Below, one piece after another: positions 1-43,770 of a stretch of 64,000 nucleotides of DNA. Made by a program: the position numbers and the translations under genes. Position 1 is the first letter of the stretch. Every line of letters starts with the position of its first letter. The notes beneath the pieces are model-generated. The model made no database searches and was not told where the DNA came from. It was given only the letters and a program-made list of their open reading frames with translations. This stretch comes from Bugula neritina. Lineage: Eukaryota; Animalia; Bryozoa. The stretch spans positions 124,001 through 188,000 of the forward strand of contig OZ037771.1 of assembly GCA_964035545.1 (NCBI GenBank). Reading direction: 5' to 3'.

Positions 1-435
1 ACAAAGCATACCAAAGGTAAGTCAACTTTACCTCTCAGTCCTACTATGAAACTATCCTATATCTACTGTTACTATATATATTACTAGTATATCTACTGTT
101 ACTATATATATTACTAGTATATCTACTGCTACTGCTACTATATATATATCTACTATATACTATATATAAGTGCTTTACATTTTAGTCAGTCAGAAAGTCA
201 AGAGTAAAAATACAGAGCCTGTGAGAAGAGTTATGTTGGCTGTAGCCCCAAGTGAGTAGCACAAGAATGGCTATACTCTGTATATGATATTCTCAGTAAA
301 TTTGATGCTATACATAATATATACTCAGTATATAATATTATGATATGTAGTGTATATTATATTATACTCACAGCATATGATGCTATATATATACTATATA
401 CGCAAAATATAATACAGGTTGAATCTGTAACGAAG

Positions 436-1268
436 GGAGACTGGGAAACAAAATGTACATGACCGCCTCCACTTATGTCACTGCCATGAGACTCAACGCT
501 ACATTTGTCTCGGCTGCCGATGGTTGTGAATGGCCAAAAACATTTGCTGACTTGTTTACTGCCTTCTCCTCTTCAGTCAAGCTCTTGCCAACTTCAGAGT
601 TGAATAAGTGGACTTTGGTAAAGGAGAAAGCGTTCACAGAATTTGAGCCCATTCTCTCACACCATGGCCACAACATCATCGTCGGCGGTTTCAGACAAAC
701 ATGGAAGTATTTCGACAAAGACCATGAAGTTACAGCCCTGAGGCTACTGTTCATTTTCACTGAGAAATATGAATCGAGTAGCAGACAGACACTGGATCGC
801 ATTCATGGCCTTTTCTCCAACATCCATCAGCCCATCTTTGTGGGGGTTCATATACGAAAGGGAGATCTGACAAAGCCAGGGCCTGCAAAGTTTGGTTACC
901 AGGCAGCGGATATACGTTTTTATCAATCAGCCATGAGGCGTATGACATCTGTATTGAACAATTCTAGCTCTATTATATTTGTTACTGGCTCCGACAGTCT
1001 TGTGGAAGCAAAGCAGCTCCTCTCTAATTTGAGTAAAACGTATAATATTGCCTGGCTAAGTGGAACAGCATACGAAGATTTTGCAGCTTTATTCAAGTGT
1101 AACCACACTATCATAAGTGGTGGCACATATGGTTTCTGGGCTGCGTGGATGGCCAATGGTAAAACTATTTACTTCTCTCAGTTTGCCCGGGTAGGATCTC
1201 AGTTTGAACAAGAATACAATAAGCAGAACTTTTTCTCCCCATTGTGGACTCCAGTAGCTTGGAACTAG
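436..1268 (+). CDS. Alpha-1,2-fucosyltransferase (GT11, FUT1/FUT2-like), terminal catalytic exon; upstream exons at ~186-251 and <=16, gene start outside window
   Basis: GT11 motifs RLGNKM (438-455), VGVHIRKGD and DFAALFKCNHTIISGGTYGFWAAWM; stop TAG 1266-1268. In-frame TGA at 420-422, so the exact acceptor (AG at 434-435 assumed) is uncertain. Confidence 0.88.
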
Positions 1269-2848
1269 GATCAGTAGTAGTACGTATGTAAATTTAACCT
1301 ATCAACTGTTAAATAATTATTACCATGTTAATTTTTGTCCAACATGTGTAATAAATGCCAATGAACTCAAATAACTAATATTAACAAGTGATAAGCTTCT
1401 GATATTTTGATTATCATTATGATTATATTAATATTATTATATTGATATTTTAGTAGCAAGTTATTGTTGTCTAGAAGTAAAAGCAAATGATTATTAATCA
1501 CTATGACTATCACTTATCACTTTTAGTATCCAGTTTTATCTGACTTCTTTTTATTTAGTTTTACAAGATACAGTAATATTAATACTAGTAGTAATGCTAG
1601 TAGGGGCTGTGAGGCAAATTCTATTGATATTGATAAAATGATATTCATATTGATATTATTAATACTGATTACTTAAACCGAAACTCATCAACATGAAAAT
1701 GGTAATGGTTCAACTCTGGCATGACCATGATTATCATTATGATAACAACTGATATTTAGTATTTTCATTGTGATTGTGGTTGTTAATCGTTGTGTTCTAA
1801 ATCTATAATATTAATGCTAAATCTAATAAAATACTCAAGTCTGCTCTAGCCTCTATAAGTTTTGTTAGTTTAGTAAAATTTTCAACTAAAAAGTAAAAAG
1901 CAAAGCTCTCACAAGCTTGTTGTATTATTATAAAAATGTGTTTATTACTGCCACTTACAAAACTTTCAAGTTTTGTATTACAAACTTACCAAGTTACAGA
2001 AACCAGTTAGCGTAGCAGATGAGAGCTAAGTTGTACTGATGCAGAACAAAGGGTTAAAGTTCACGTTGGTGCAGAAGACTACTTCTATTAGTAAGTATGA
2101 CTCGCCTAATCGTTGTTTGATGCCCTTTGAAAAAACGTAATGTAGTCTCAAAGTCAATGTCATAAAAACGATTACTTGGAACGGTAGCCGATAGGGTTAT
2201 AAAATTTCAACGTTCACACAGTGTGTATTACGAATTACATTTCGACTGCTACAAGGATTTTTCATCTCTTTGACTGCTCAATTTGATAGAGCCTCGATTA
2301 GGCGCTCAGCTGTACTTCATTGTGATATTATTTGCCCTTTAACCCTTTGGTGTACTTTATTATTATTAAAGTATATCGCCAAAACTGTAACTTCCATGAG
2401 TTATATTCCGATGGTCACTTGGTTATGTTTCAGCGATACTGAGAATATGACTGCCAATTAATTGTGCTATTGGTATTAGTTTCTTTTGCTGGCAAGTTTT
2501 ACATAGAATTATTACTATTATATTAAACAAAATTTTATAGTTTATCATTATGTTATCATATTCAATCTCGTTAGAAATAGATGATTAGTCATTACCGTTG
2601 GCGTTACGGTTGCCACATTTTATATGAATTATTTTAAATTAATATTCGCAGTGAATTTGATATCCATATTGATATTTATATTCATATTGACATTGTGACA
2701 GTTTCTAAATTAACGTTAAAATTATTATCTATGTAGTCGTATTAGTGCGAAAAGGCTTGAGATCGATAGCAAAGTGCAGTTTTGAAATCATTGTCGTTAT
2801 ACTTATGGTGATGGTTCTTTTTTACAAGTTATGACACATTGTTGAAAA

Positions 2849-7450
<4,602 letters not shown>

Positions 7451-7792
7451 ACAACTACTGCCTTTACGTCTAGTTTACTGTGTCATATAACAGTGTCATA
7501 TATATTAGTGCTTTTATATTATATTCAATCGGTATACTGAATTCAAAATATTATGTGATTCATGCTTGATTGTAATGCAATCGTCTGACCAAATATTTAA
7601 AATAAGTTTTTATTGAAATATAAAATACATTATAAAAAAGAACAAAAAAATAAAAGTAGTCAACTGTTAAACCAACACATGCCGAGGGGTGAGTGTAAAT
7701 GAAGCAAGCTATTTAAAATGAAAGTATTATAGTGCTCAGTCTATTTACTGACCCATTTAGATGGTTACAGAGTCAACTGGGGTTATCTCCCC

Positions 7793-10700
7793 CTAATTTT
7801 TACAGCGAAGTTTTGTGTGGAGGTAATGCTTCTTGGCTCTCAAAACATTCCACCTGTTTTTCAAACTATCAGCTGAGCGACATTCAAACTCCATGCTAAT
7901 GGCTTGAAAGTCGATGGCGGATTTTGGGGTATAGCTGTAAGATATGAGATGATACAGTGTTTAGATATGAAATACTACAGAGTATAGCTGTAAGATATGA
8001 GAAGATACAGTGTTTAGATATGAAATACTACAGAGTATAGCTGTAAGATATGAGATGATACAGTGTTTAGATATGAAATACTACAGGGTATAGCTGTAAG
8101 ATATGAGATGATACAGTGTTTAGATATGAAATACTACAGAGTATAGCTGTAAGATATGAGAAGATACAGTGTTTAGATATGAAATACTACAGAGTATAGC
8201 TGTAAGATATGAGATGATACAGTGTTTAGATATGAAATACTACAGAGTATAGCTGTAAGATATGAGAAGATACAGTGTTTAGATATGAAATACTACAGAG
8301 TATAGCTGTAAGATATGAGAAGATACAGTGTTTAGATATGAAATACTACAGAGTATAGCTGTAAGATATGAGAAGATACAGTGTTTAGATATGAAATACT
8401 ACAGAGTATAGCTGTAAGATATGAGATGATACAGTGTTTAGATATGAAATACTACAGAGTATAGCTGTAAGATATGAGATGGTACAGTGTTTAGATATGA
8501 AATACTACAGAGTATAATATAGTATAGCTGTAAGATATGAGATGGACATGGAAACCACTTGAATGCAATGCTGAGCACAAAGTTTTAGTATATGCTTACC
8601 CTTTTATCAAATTATAAAGTTTTTTGTCATCTTCCAATGTCCACTTAAATCCTTTAGCAGCAGCAATAGATTTATCTGAGGCTACAGAAATATTGGTGAC
8701 AAGTTCCTCGTCGCTTATGGTGCTTGCAGGTGCTCTGGATATTGCGGAGGCAGTACTTGCAGGTGCTCTGGATATTGCGGAGGCAGTACTTGCAGGTGCT
8801 CTGGATATTGCAGAGGCAGTACTTGCAGGTGCTCTGGATATAGCAGAGGCAGTGCTTGCAGGTGCTCTGGATATTGCAGAGGCAGTACTTGCAGGTGCTC
8901 TGGATATAGCAGAGGCAGTACTTGCAGGTGCTCTAAATGTTGAGGAGTCTTTAGCCGAATGTTTATTCCTGTAATTTATAAAAAAAAATATTCACCAGAC
9001 TCCAAACTAAGCTGCCACATAATGTTGAACACACAACACGTACGACACTAGAGCATCAATTCTCAACACCACTGGGGGGGGGAGGTTAATATGTAGAGGA
9101 GGCAACTACAAGGTGTACAAGTACCGGCTCTGTTTCAGGCGTGTGGTGCTGGGAGAAGATCTATCTTTAGTGAGACTCGGCTTAGAATACTTAGCAGGAG
9201 ATGCACCCTGCACAGTTGCAGCATTGAGCGGGCTGGCTACTGGCGCTGCCCGTCTTCTAGTTTGATAGTTCTTAGAGCACAGGTTCACCACTTTAGACAA
9301 CTTCTTCCTGGAGGAGGCAGAGAGATTTGCTGGGGGCGGAGCTTGGAGATCAGTAGACATCTGCTTAGCGTTTGGAGCTACAATATGTGTGCGGAATCTA
9401 AACTCAGACTATGTAATGATGTAACTGTAATACCTGCAGTATCTAAACTCAGACTATGTAATGATGTAACTGTAATACCTGCAGAATCTAAACTCAGACT
9501 ATGTAATGATGTAACTGTAATACCTGCAGTATCTAAACTCAGACTATCTGATGATGTAACTGTAATACCTGCAGTATCTAAACTCAGACTATCAGATGCA
9601 TCATGATATTCAGACTCTTCAGAATCATAGCTGGAATCTGCAACATAATGTAGTAACATAATATAGTAATATAATATAGTAATATACTGTAGTATTATAA
9701 TATAGTGATATAGTGTAGTGAGTGATACTCATATAAAGCAGTAATATAATAACGTATAAAAGAAGCATGTGATGTAATATATTACTGTATGGAGTAATAT
9801 ATTACTAAAGAGAGTAATATATTACTGTATGGAGTAATATATTACTAAATGGAGTAATATATTACTGTATGGAGTAATATATTACTAAATGGAGTAATAT
9901 ATTACTAAATGGAGTAATATGACTAACCACTAAATGAAGACGCATCACCTGAGGCCCTATACCAATCCTGATATACTTGTTGGAGGGAAACTCCACCACC
10001 CGACTTCTTACAGCCACACATTCTATTTATATACTCTCCACCAGAGGGCTGGTCGGTGCATTGAGCTCTACTAGCTGCAGCATTAGAGGTCAATTCAGCT
10101 GAGCTACAATAGTAGATATAGAATATATAGAGTATATAGTAGATATACAAGTATATAGTATATAGAGTATATAGTAGATATATAAGTATATAGTATATAG
10201 AGTATATAGTAGATATATAAGTATATAGTATATAGAATATATAGTAGATATACAGTACATCATCTAGTGACTAGTAGATAGATGTAAGGTAAGTATAGAG
10301 TAGATATACAGTACATCATCTAGTGACTAGTAGATAGATGTAAGGTAAGTATAGAGTAGATATACAGTACATCATCTAGTGACTAGTAGATAGATGTAAG
10401 GTAAGTATAGAGTAGATATACAGTACATCATCTAGTGACTAGTAGATAGATATAAGGTAAGTATAGAGTAGATATACAGTACATCATCTAGTGACTAGTA
10501 GATAGATATAAGGTAAGTATAGAGTAGATATACAGTACATCATCTAGTGACTAGTAGATATGGTAAGGTAAGTATAGAGTAGATATACAGTACATCATCT
10601 AGTGACTGGTAGATAGATGTAAGGTAAGTATAGAGTAGATATACAGTACATCATCTAGTGACTAGTAGGTATGGTAAGGTAAGTATAGAGTAGCATACAG

Positions 10701-13217
10701 TACATCATCTAGTGACTATTAGGTATGGTAAGGTAAGTATAGAGTAGATATACAGTACATCATCTAGTGACTAGTAGATATGGTAAGGTAAGTATAGAGT
10801 AGCATACAGCATCTGTTTAATCTGGGGACAGAGTCGAGGCGTGTACATCGTGTCATCTACTCTATCCAACTGTAGAAACGCCTTTCTCAGCAGAGTGGTT
10901 ACTATTGAAGTTATTTCCTCCTGCACTTTGTCATCCATATTCACACTGTCCAACTACAGGCATAAGCCTTCTGTTATATATATGCTAATATTATATACTG
11001 TATTGATGTTATATATATGCTAATATTATATACTGTATTGATGTTATATATATGCTAATATTATATACTATATTGATGTTATATATATGCTAATATTATA
11101 TACTATATTGATGTTATATATATGCTAATATTATATACTATATTGATGTTATATATATGCTAATATTATATACTATATTGATATTATATATATGCTAATA
11201 TTATATACTATATTGATGTTATATATATGCTAATATTATATACTATATTGATGTTATATATATGCTAATATTATATACTATATTGATGTTATATATATGC
11301 TAATATTATATATTGTATTGATGTTATATATGTGCTAATATTATATACTGTATTGATGTTATATATATGCTAATATTATATACTATATTGATGTTATATA
11401 TATGCTAATATTATATACTATATTGATATTATATATATGCTAATATTATATACTATATTGATATTATATATATGCTAATATTATATACTATATTGATGTT
11501 ATATATATACTAATATTATATACTGTATTGATGTTATATATATGCTAATATTATATACTATATTGATGTTATATATATACTAATATTATATACTGTATTG
11601 ATATTATATATATGCTAATATTATATACTGTATTGATGTTATATATATATGCTAATATTATATACTATATTGATGTTATATATATGCTAATATTATATAC
11701 TGTATTGATGTTATATATATGCTAATATTATATACTATATTGATATTATATATATGCTAATATTATATACTGTATTGATGTTATATATATATATGCTAAT
11801 ATTATATACTATATTGATGTTATATATATGCTAATATTATATACTGTATTGATGTTATATATATGCTAATATTATATACTGTATTGATGTTATATATATG
11901 CTAATATTATATACTATATTGATGTTATATATATACTAATATTATATACTATATTGATGTTATATATATACTAATATTATATACTGTATTGATAACATTG
12001 TGATAACTAACTTATAAGATACAATCTAGAACTGACCCACAACTCCAACATATTCCTCTTAATCCAAGCTTTCATCTGGAGTTGTCTAAACACAAAACAC
12101 CAATATTTGATGAGGTCACTCCTCGCTGCCGTTGGGATTGTGTGAAGCAATGTCGGACTGCTAGCTGCCAGAGAACGCTGCACGTCACACACTCTCTCCA
12201 ACAAAGTTAACATCAGCAGCAGCTGAAACCTTCCAAACATACAGCATCATCTTGAGACAGCTACACAAAAACATCTTATTTTTTGTTTCAAAGCAAACAT
12301 TAGCTAATAAATACCTTTTGAGCCCAACCTCTTGCTTGACTAGTTCTATTGTAGTGGTGTGTGTATCTCCAAGCAAGCAAGGGCACACTTTATGATATAA
12401 AATGTCTACAATACACAAAACATTCGAGTTACTTTAAGAAAACAGCTTCCTTCCCTATCAGTTAAAATTATTAATACTACAAGCTTAAGAACTAACAAAG
12501 AAAAATCCACTATAAAGTCAGTAAATGTAATCACTAAAAGGTTTGGACTAGAGTCAGTTTACTTCATTTAGTACACACCAGCAACTTATGACCTAACAAT
12601 AAAGTTTGCTCAAAATCAATTGAAATTTACTATACATGATATTTTATGTGCTGGTTTCAACTACGCATAACAGTAAAGGCTGGGAGGGGATTCCCCAACA
12701 TTAAAGCACAGGTCATTGTTAATGCACTTAATATTCTATATGTGCAGACCGTTACGAAAAAACCGTAACGGTCCGTAACCAAAACTAGCTGAATAATTGG
12801 GGAAAAACATGGGAAATGAAGCAAAGTTAAAAAGAACTTCAATTATTTAGGTGTATTTATTGGTGTTTTACTAGTTTTGGCCAAAAAACCATGTTCATGA
12901 CCAGCTAAATTGTGAAAAATAGCCAAAAACTGAAGATATCCAGTGTGTACTAAATTAAGTAAAATGACCCACTATTATACCAACAATACTAATTTAATAT
13001 TTGTGCTTCAGCACTATGAGTATATAGCGAGTAATTATGAAAAATAAAACCACTCACGATTTATTCCAAGGGCAATTCTAGAAAACCTCGAGTTACTATC
13101 TTTTGAGATATTGAAAGTTAAAAGCTCATTGTTCACAACACTATACAGCCACTTCTCAATGCTGTTATTACTTGACCAGAAGTTGTGACAGAGATTTAGT
13201 TGATACGCCAAATTCAT
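7793..13217 (-). CDS. Orphan protein with C-terminal single Myb/SANT domain; exons approx 13217-13058, 12405-12230, 12177-12039, 10953-10808, 10103-9929, 9637-9569, 9377-9125, 8968-8600, 7934-7793
   Basis: Phase-consistent GT-AG chain ending in FKWTLEDDKKLYNLIKG|YTPKSAIDFQAISMEFECRSADSLKNRWNVL..KN*, which has the Myb W..L..(F)..RW pattern. S/A/P-rich linker. The 5' exons are less certain. Confidence 0.7.
7929..8545 (-). repeat. Acceptor-junction minisatellite, 53-bp unit, last intron of the Myb-domain gene
   Basis: Each unit carries minus-strand CTTACAG|CTATAC, matching the real acceptor at 7935. Confidence 0.9.
8718..8937 (-). repeat. Coding 33-bp tandem repeat (RAPASTASAIS, ~6-7 copies) within exon of the Myb-domain gene
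   Basis: Unit gcaggtgctctggatattgcggaggcagtactt repeated inside an open, spliceable exon. Confidence 0.85.
10240..11992. repeat. Two intronic minisatellites, 56-bp (10240-10807) and 35-bp (10970-11992), flanking one exon
   Basis: agtagatatacagtacatcatctagtgact...gtaagtatag and gctaatattatatactgtattgatgttatatatat. Confidence 0.95.
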
Positions 13218-13903
13218 TTTATCTACAAATAAATATCGATGTCCCCATTAAACATGTGACAGGAAACTGAAACCGTAATACGTTAGCCTCATGCTGCGAG
13301 TATTCACTAAAAATATTAATTTTTAAAAGATCTGCAACATATTCACCCAAATTTACAACAATAGAACAATTAAATTTATCAATAAATTTAAAAATCAAAT
13401 ACTAATAATAATCCTAAATAGTAAATACTAAATACAGTTATACACTGATAATTGTAATCTAAAGATGAAAAGTAAATACACACATTGCGATTGTTAATTA
13501 GAGTTAATTAATACTTTTATGACCCATTATTAAGAATAATATTATAGATAACTTTAAGTTAATCATTGAACCACTACCTGGACACCAGTGTTGGACTCCA
13601 AATAAAATAGCTTAGCTATCACTTATAGCTATCAGTATCAGTCTATCTACTGTAGCTACACCTATGGTCTTAATTTAAATTTGCAGTTGGTAATTACTTA
13701 AAGTTAATATTAGATTAATGCAGACTTTTATAATAGTTTATTATTATTTATTATATCTGTCAATACCTGTCGATGTTATCTCCACACTGGACCTCCCTAG
13801 GGGGAAGAAGGGGTGTGCCGCATATAAAAAACTAAGTTGTCAGTACTTGGACAGTAGTCTAAAAAGTGTTAACATTCTTGTGCAGGTTAACTTAACAGGC
13901 TAA

Positions 13904-14360
13904 CTAGCCTGTCTGTGTGTGGTCAGTGCTGATCCTCATATCTCTTATCATTCTTGGGAGAAAACTATAAAGATATCCATTCTTGTTCGCTCTCACTGAT
14001 CTGAGAAATCCTGAAACCTGAGACCGAGTCTGTACAGTGCTTGTGGTCCGCTGATCCAGAAAATCATCATAGGCAGCACTCAGAGTTGGATGTTGTTCTT
14101 CCTTAGACAATATTTTTAGGAGAAGGCTGATGCGTCGGCTTTTCCTCCTTAGATCAAGCGGCTTCAAACACAGCTTTTTCATCTCCTCCCCAATATCAGT
14201 TCTTCTTTTGCTGTTAGAGATAAAACACACAGCACATTCTCCATTATACTTATATGGTTTTTGCTGGATGGGTCCTAGGCTGCACTGGCATATTCCGAGT
14301 TTGGGAGACAGAGGGCTTTGTAGGCAATAAGCTTTGCTTTCTTGGGGGCCCAGTAAAGTG
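13904..14360 (-). mobile_element. 5'-truncated non-LTR retrotransposon (LINE) fragment, C-terminal end of ORF2
   Basis: Translation LKPLDLRRKSRRISLLLKIL...YLYSFLPRMIRDM matches the L..RR...L..L.KI and 'SFFPR.IRDW' tail typical of CR1/L2/RTE-type ORF2 downstream of the RT domain. Confidence 0.75.
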
Positions 14361-14643
14361 CACGTTTTATCATATCTAATTATATAATATATTTATTGTT
14401 ACATTATTGCTAAGATTTACTATAGCAATTATTATAAAGGTAAATGATCAAACTTAGTTTTACATTCAATTTGACCAACATGAATATAAATTATCATAAA
14501 TATCACTATGAGTATGAGATTGAGTAACACTGTATCTGTGTGGAGTCTCTAGACCCTCGAGAGGGAAGAGCCAGAGGAAACCTTCACGAAGGAGTGTTAC
14601 TGTTATGAAGGCGTAACTTCAGAGATTCTAGAGTCTCAACAAC

Positions 14644-14671
14644 AAAAATGGAACGCTTCACGAATTTGCGT
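14644..14671 (-). pseudogene. U6 snRNA 3'-terminal fragment (28 nt)
   Basis: Minus strand ACGCAAATTCGTGAAGCGTTCCATTTTT equals the conserved U6 3' end plus oligo-T. The upstream U6 sequence (ACAGAGA box, GCCCCTGCGCAAGGATGAC) is not seen in the window. Confidence 0.8.
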
Positions 14672-15881
14672 TAGTAAGGCTAACTCTAAGAGTAAAACTA
14701 AGTGTAAGGACTAGTAGTAGAAGTAGTAACAGTAACTGTAAGTGTAACACTAACAGTAACAGTAACACTAACTGAGTGTAACTCTAAGTTTAACTGTAAA
14801 GTGTAAGCCGTAAGATAACCGTAGGCGTAAACGGTAAAGGACTGCGAACTTTGTCGAAATCACTTTCACTAGTCTTCAATTCAACTTTCACTTTACTTTT
14901 ATTAAATTATAACTCAACAAAGAAAAACATTGCGTTTGTACATCAATTAATATTATAGTAACTTGATAGTAACCGTGAGGATCTACTAACTAAAATCACT
15001 TGGCTGTTTGTTATGGCGGATTCGACTGCAAAACATTTTAAATCGAGCTTCTACAACTAACATTCACACGCGCCTTATTTTAAATCGTCAATTTTCAGCT
15101 GGGTGCAGTATAGATTTTTCTCTTACAGTCGAAATATGCTAATTTTGAAAAAACAAAGATTTTTGGAGAAGACAACTCAACAGTATTTTAGCAACTAAAT
15201 TTACTGGTGATTTGGCTGTTACAGTCACAGTTTTCAGCAAGTGAGCAACTTCTATAAAGTTGCTGTGACACAAGGGTAGCCTGGTAAGCTACAACTACTA
15301 TTGCTGAGTTGCAAACTGAAATGAAGTGTAAAATGCATTTCATGGATAGCTGCTAGTGAATCATTTATTGCAAACTGCCCCACTATGCTAAACACTGTGA
15401 CACTTTATGATTGTAGACTGTGGTAAAAGTAACTTCAAAATATTCATAAAACCTGTATAATTTGAGATTTTAGAAATTAGTGACTGGTTTATCACCCTCA
15501 TTTTTGTATTTAATGCTTACAACTTTTATTCCATAAATTGGACTCTGTCACTTCAAATGGCACAATAAAACAGTCTTATATTTTGACCTACAAAGCAATT
15601 ACTTGCTAATTTTACTCTACAAATAATTTAACTTGTGTAGTAGATTAGTAATATATTAGCGAATAATAACATATATTTATACTTAAATCAAATACTTTTT
15701 AATGTTCAAAGTATTTTAAAAATAAACTGCCACAGTACGTAATATAGCGTAATAACTCCGTATAATCTAATATAAATATTATATATCACATATTTTACAT
15801 CATATATTATGTAATGTATGTTATAAATTTATGCGTGTACATGTGTGTGCATAGCAGTACAGCATATACCGCATAGTGTAT

Positions 15882-16800
15882 AATATATATACTCTATAAT
15901 GTATAGTATATATACTCTATAATATATAGTATATATACTCCATAATGTATAGTATATACTCTATAATGTATAGTATATATACTCTATAATGTATAGTATA
16001 TATACTCTTTAATATATAGTATATATACTCTATAATGTATAGTATATATACTCTTTAATGTATAGTATATATACTCTTTAATGTATAGTATATATACTCT
16101 ATAATGTATAGTATATACTCTATAATGTATAGTATATATACTCTATAATGTATAGTATATTATACTCTATAATGTATAGTATATATACTCTTTAATATAT
16201 AGTATATATACTCTATAATGTATAGTATATATACTCTATAATGTATAGTATATACTCTATAATGTATAGTATATATACTCTATAATATATAGTATATATA
16301 CTCCATAATGTATAGTATATATACTCTATAATATATAATATATACTCTATAATGTATAGTATATATATTCTATAATGTATAGTATATATACTCTATAATA
16401 TATAATATATACTCTATAATGTATAGTATATATATTCTATAATGTATAGTATATATACTCTATAATGTATAGTATATATACTCTTTAATGTATAGTATAT
16501 ATACTCTTTAATGTATAGTATATATTATACTCTTTAATGTATAGTATATACTCTATAATGTATAGTATATATACTCTTTAATGTATAGTATATATACTCT
16601 ATAATGTATAGTATATATACTCTATAATGTATAGTATATACTCTATAATGTATAGTATATATACTCTATAATGTATAGTATATATACTCTTTAATGTATA
16701 GTATATATACTCTATAATGTATAGTATATATACTCTTTAATATATAGTATATATACTCTATAATGTATAGTATATATACTCCATAATGCATAGTATATAC
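15882..16800. repeat. ~23-bp AT-rich minisatellite, probably in a 5' intron of the ABCC gene
   Basis: tatatactctataatgtatagta array; candidate upstream donor CTG|GTAAGC near 15284. Confidence 0.9.
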
Positions 16801-17025
16801 TGTATAGTGTTTAAAAAGCTTTTACTCTAATTTTCTTTTGATAATCATCTAACATTTCACGTTCAACTCTTTTTAAGTTACCTGCATTTTATATGCCTGC
16901 ATATTTATCTCCAAACTATTTTCATACCACATATTAACCTCTTCCATGGATTATCTTCAACCGAAACTTCACATGTTCTAATGAAGTAGTAACCCACAGA
17001 GTTATTTGTCAGTGTTGGGTTGCAG

Positions 17026-32893
<15,868 letters not shown>

Positions 32894-34092
32894 CCTTAGC
32901 AACTACACCTTTGCTTTCACTAAACCGTCACACCTTTACATCTCACTCAACCATCACACCTCTACACCTCACTAAACTGTCACACCTCTGCTTTTCACTA
33001 AACCGTCACACCTCTACATTTCATATTTCAATCTACCTCTAAAGATCTGTGTTATTAGTGAAGCAGCTGTCTCTCACACCGCCTACAACACTTGCATGTG
33101 TCTTCAACACGCCTAGTATTCCTGTTATTACTATCACCATGACAACTACCACTGGCGTTACCATAACAACTACTATCTTTCTATCATTTCTATTTATGTG
33201 TTGAGAATTATTTTCCATTGTCACTGTTTTTCTTGAAGTTGTAGTTTTTGGCTGTGTACAGACTATGGAAATGGCTGGTGTTTGGATTAATTGCTAATTC
33301 AAACAATATACAAAACTTTATTAACATTCTTAGCTATTTAACACATCATAATTATTGTATACTTGCAAACTTTATATACTAGCATAATAAATGTAGCAAC
33401 CTACTATCATCATGGCCTGGTTTGTAATGTACATTGAATCTGATGGTATAATACATGCATATTTATTACCTGCTAGGGCAACACCTGGGCTAATCTCACA
33501 ACTCTGATGCATGTACTACCTGCTAGGGCAACACCTGGGCTAATCTCACAATTATGATGCATGTACTACCTGCTAGGGCAACACCTGGGCTACACTGACA
33601 CATAGTTTGAAACCAAAACATCTACTGTTGGTCAATTGAAAGCCTGCAGCTGAAGGCATTGGGAAAAAGCTGGAAATGTGCCAGAATTTCACCTTTCAGA
33701 TAAACATAAAGATCTTTATTTTAAAATTAAAACAAAATTCTTAAAAAATATAAAAATATAAAATAATCAAAGAAGACTAAACACTCCCTTATATTATAAA
33801 TCAATATATCAGAATAAATTTTTTTGTAAATATCTAAATAATGGTGTTGATGTCACCAGAAACAAAATAACACCCATACACATCAATGTCAGAAACATGC
33901 AACAGTTTTGAAAACATTTTATCACAAATTAGGTTCACAGGATGTGAGCCGAGGAGGTAATGGTGACTTGGTATATACCTACAGTTTATGTACTGCATTA
34001 ATGTACACTAGTACTATTAATATATAAATATAAATACAGCACATAATCTGTACGTATGCTAAATACTGACAGTATTGCGTGTTTAGGGAAGT

Positions 34093-43770
<9,678 letters not shown>

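Noticed and set aside
10280-10800. Repeated AAG|GTAAGT perfect donors on the + strand
   Set aside because: The host gene is on the - strand and no + strand exon is supported; treated as incidental.
14644-14671. Functional or intron-split U6 gene
   Set aside because: The remaining ~75 nt of U6 is not found upstream on that strand, and no canonical AG precedes the fragment.
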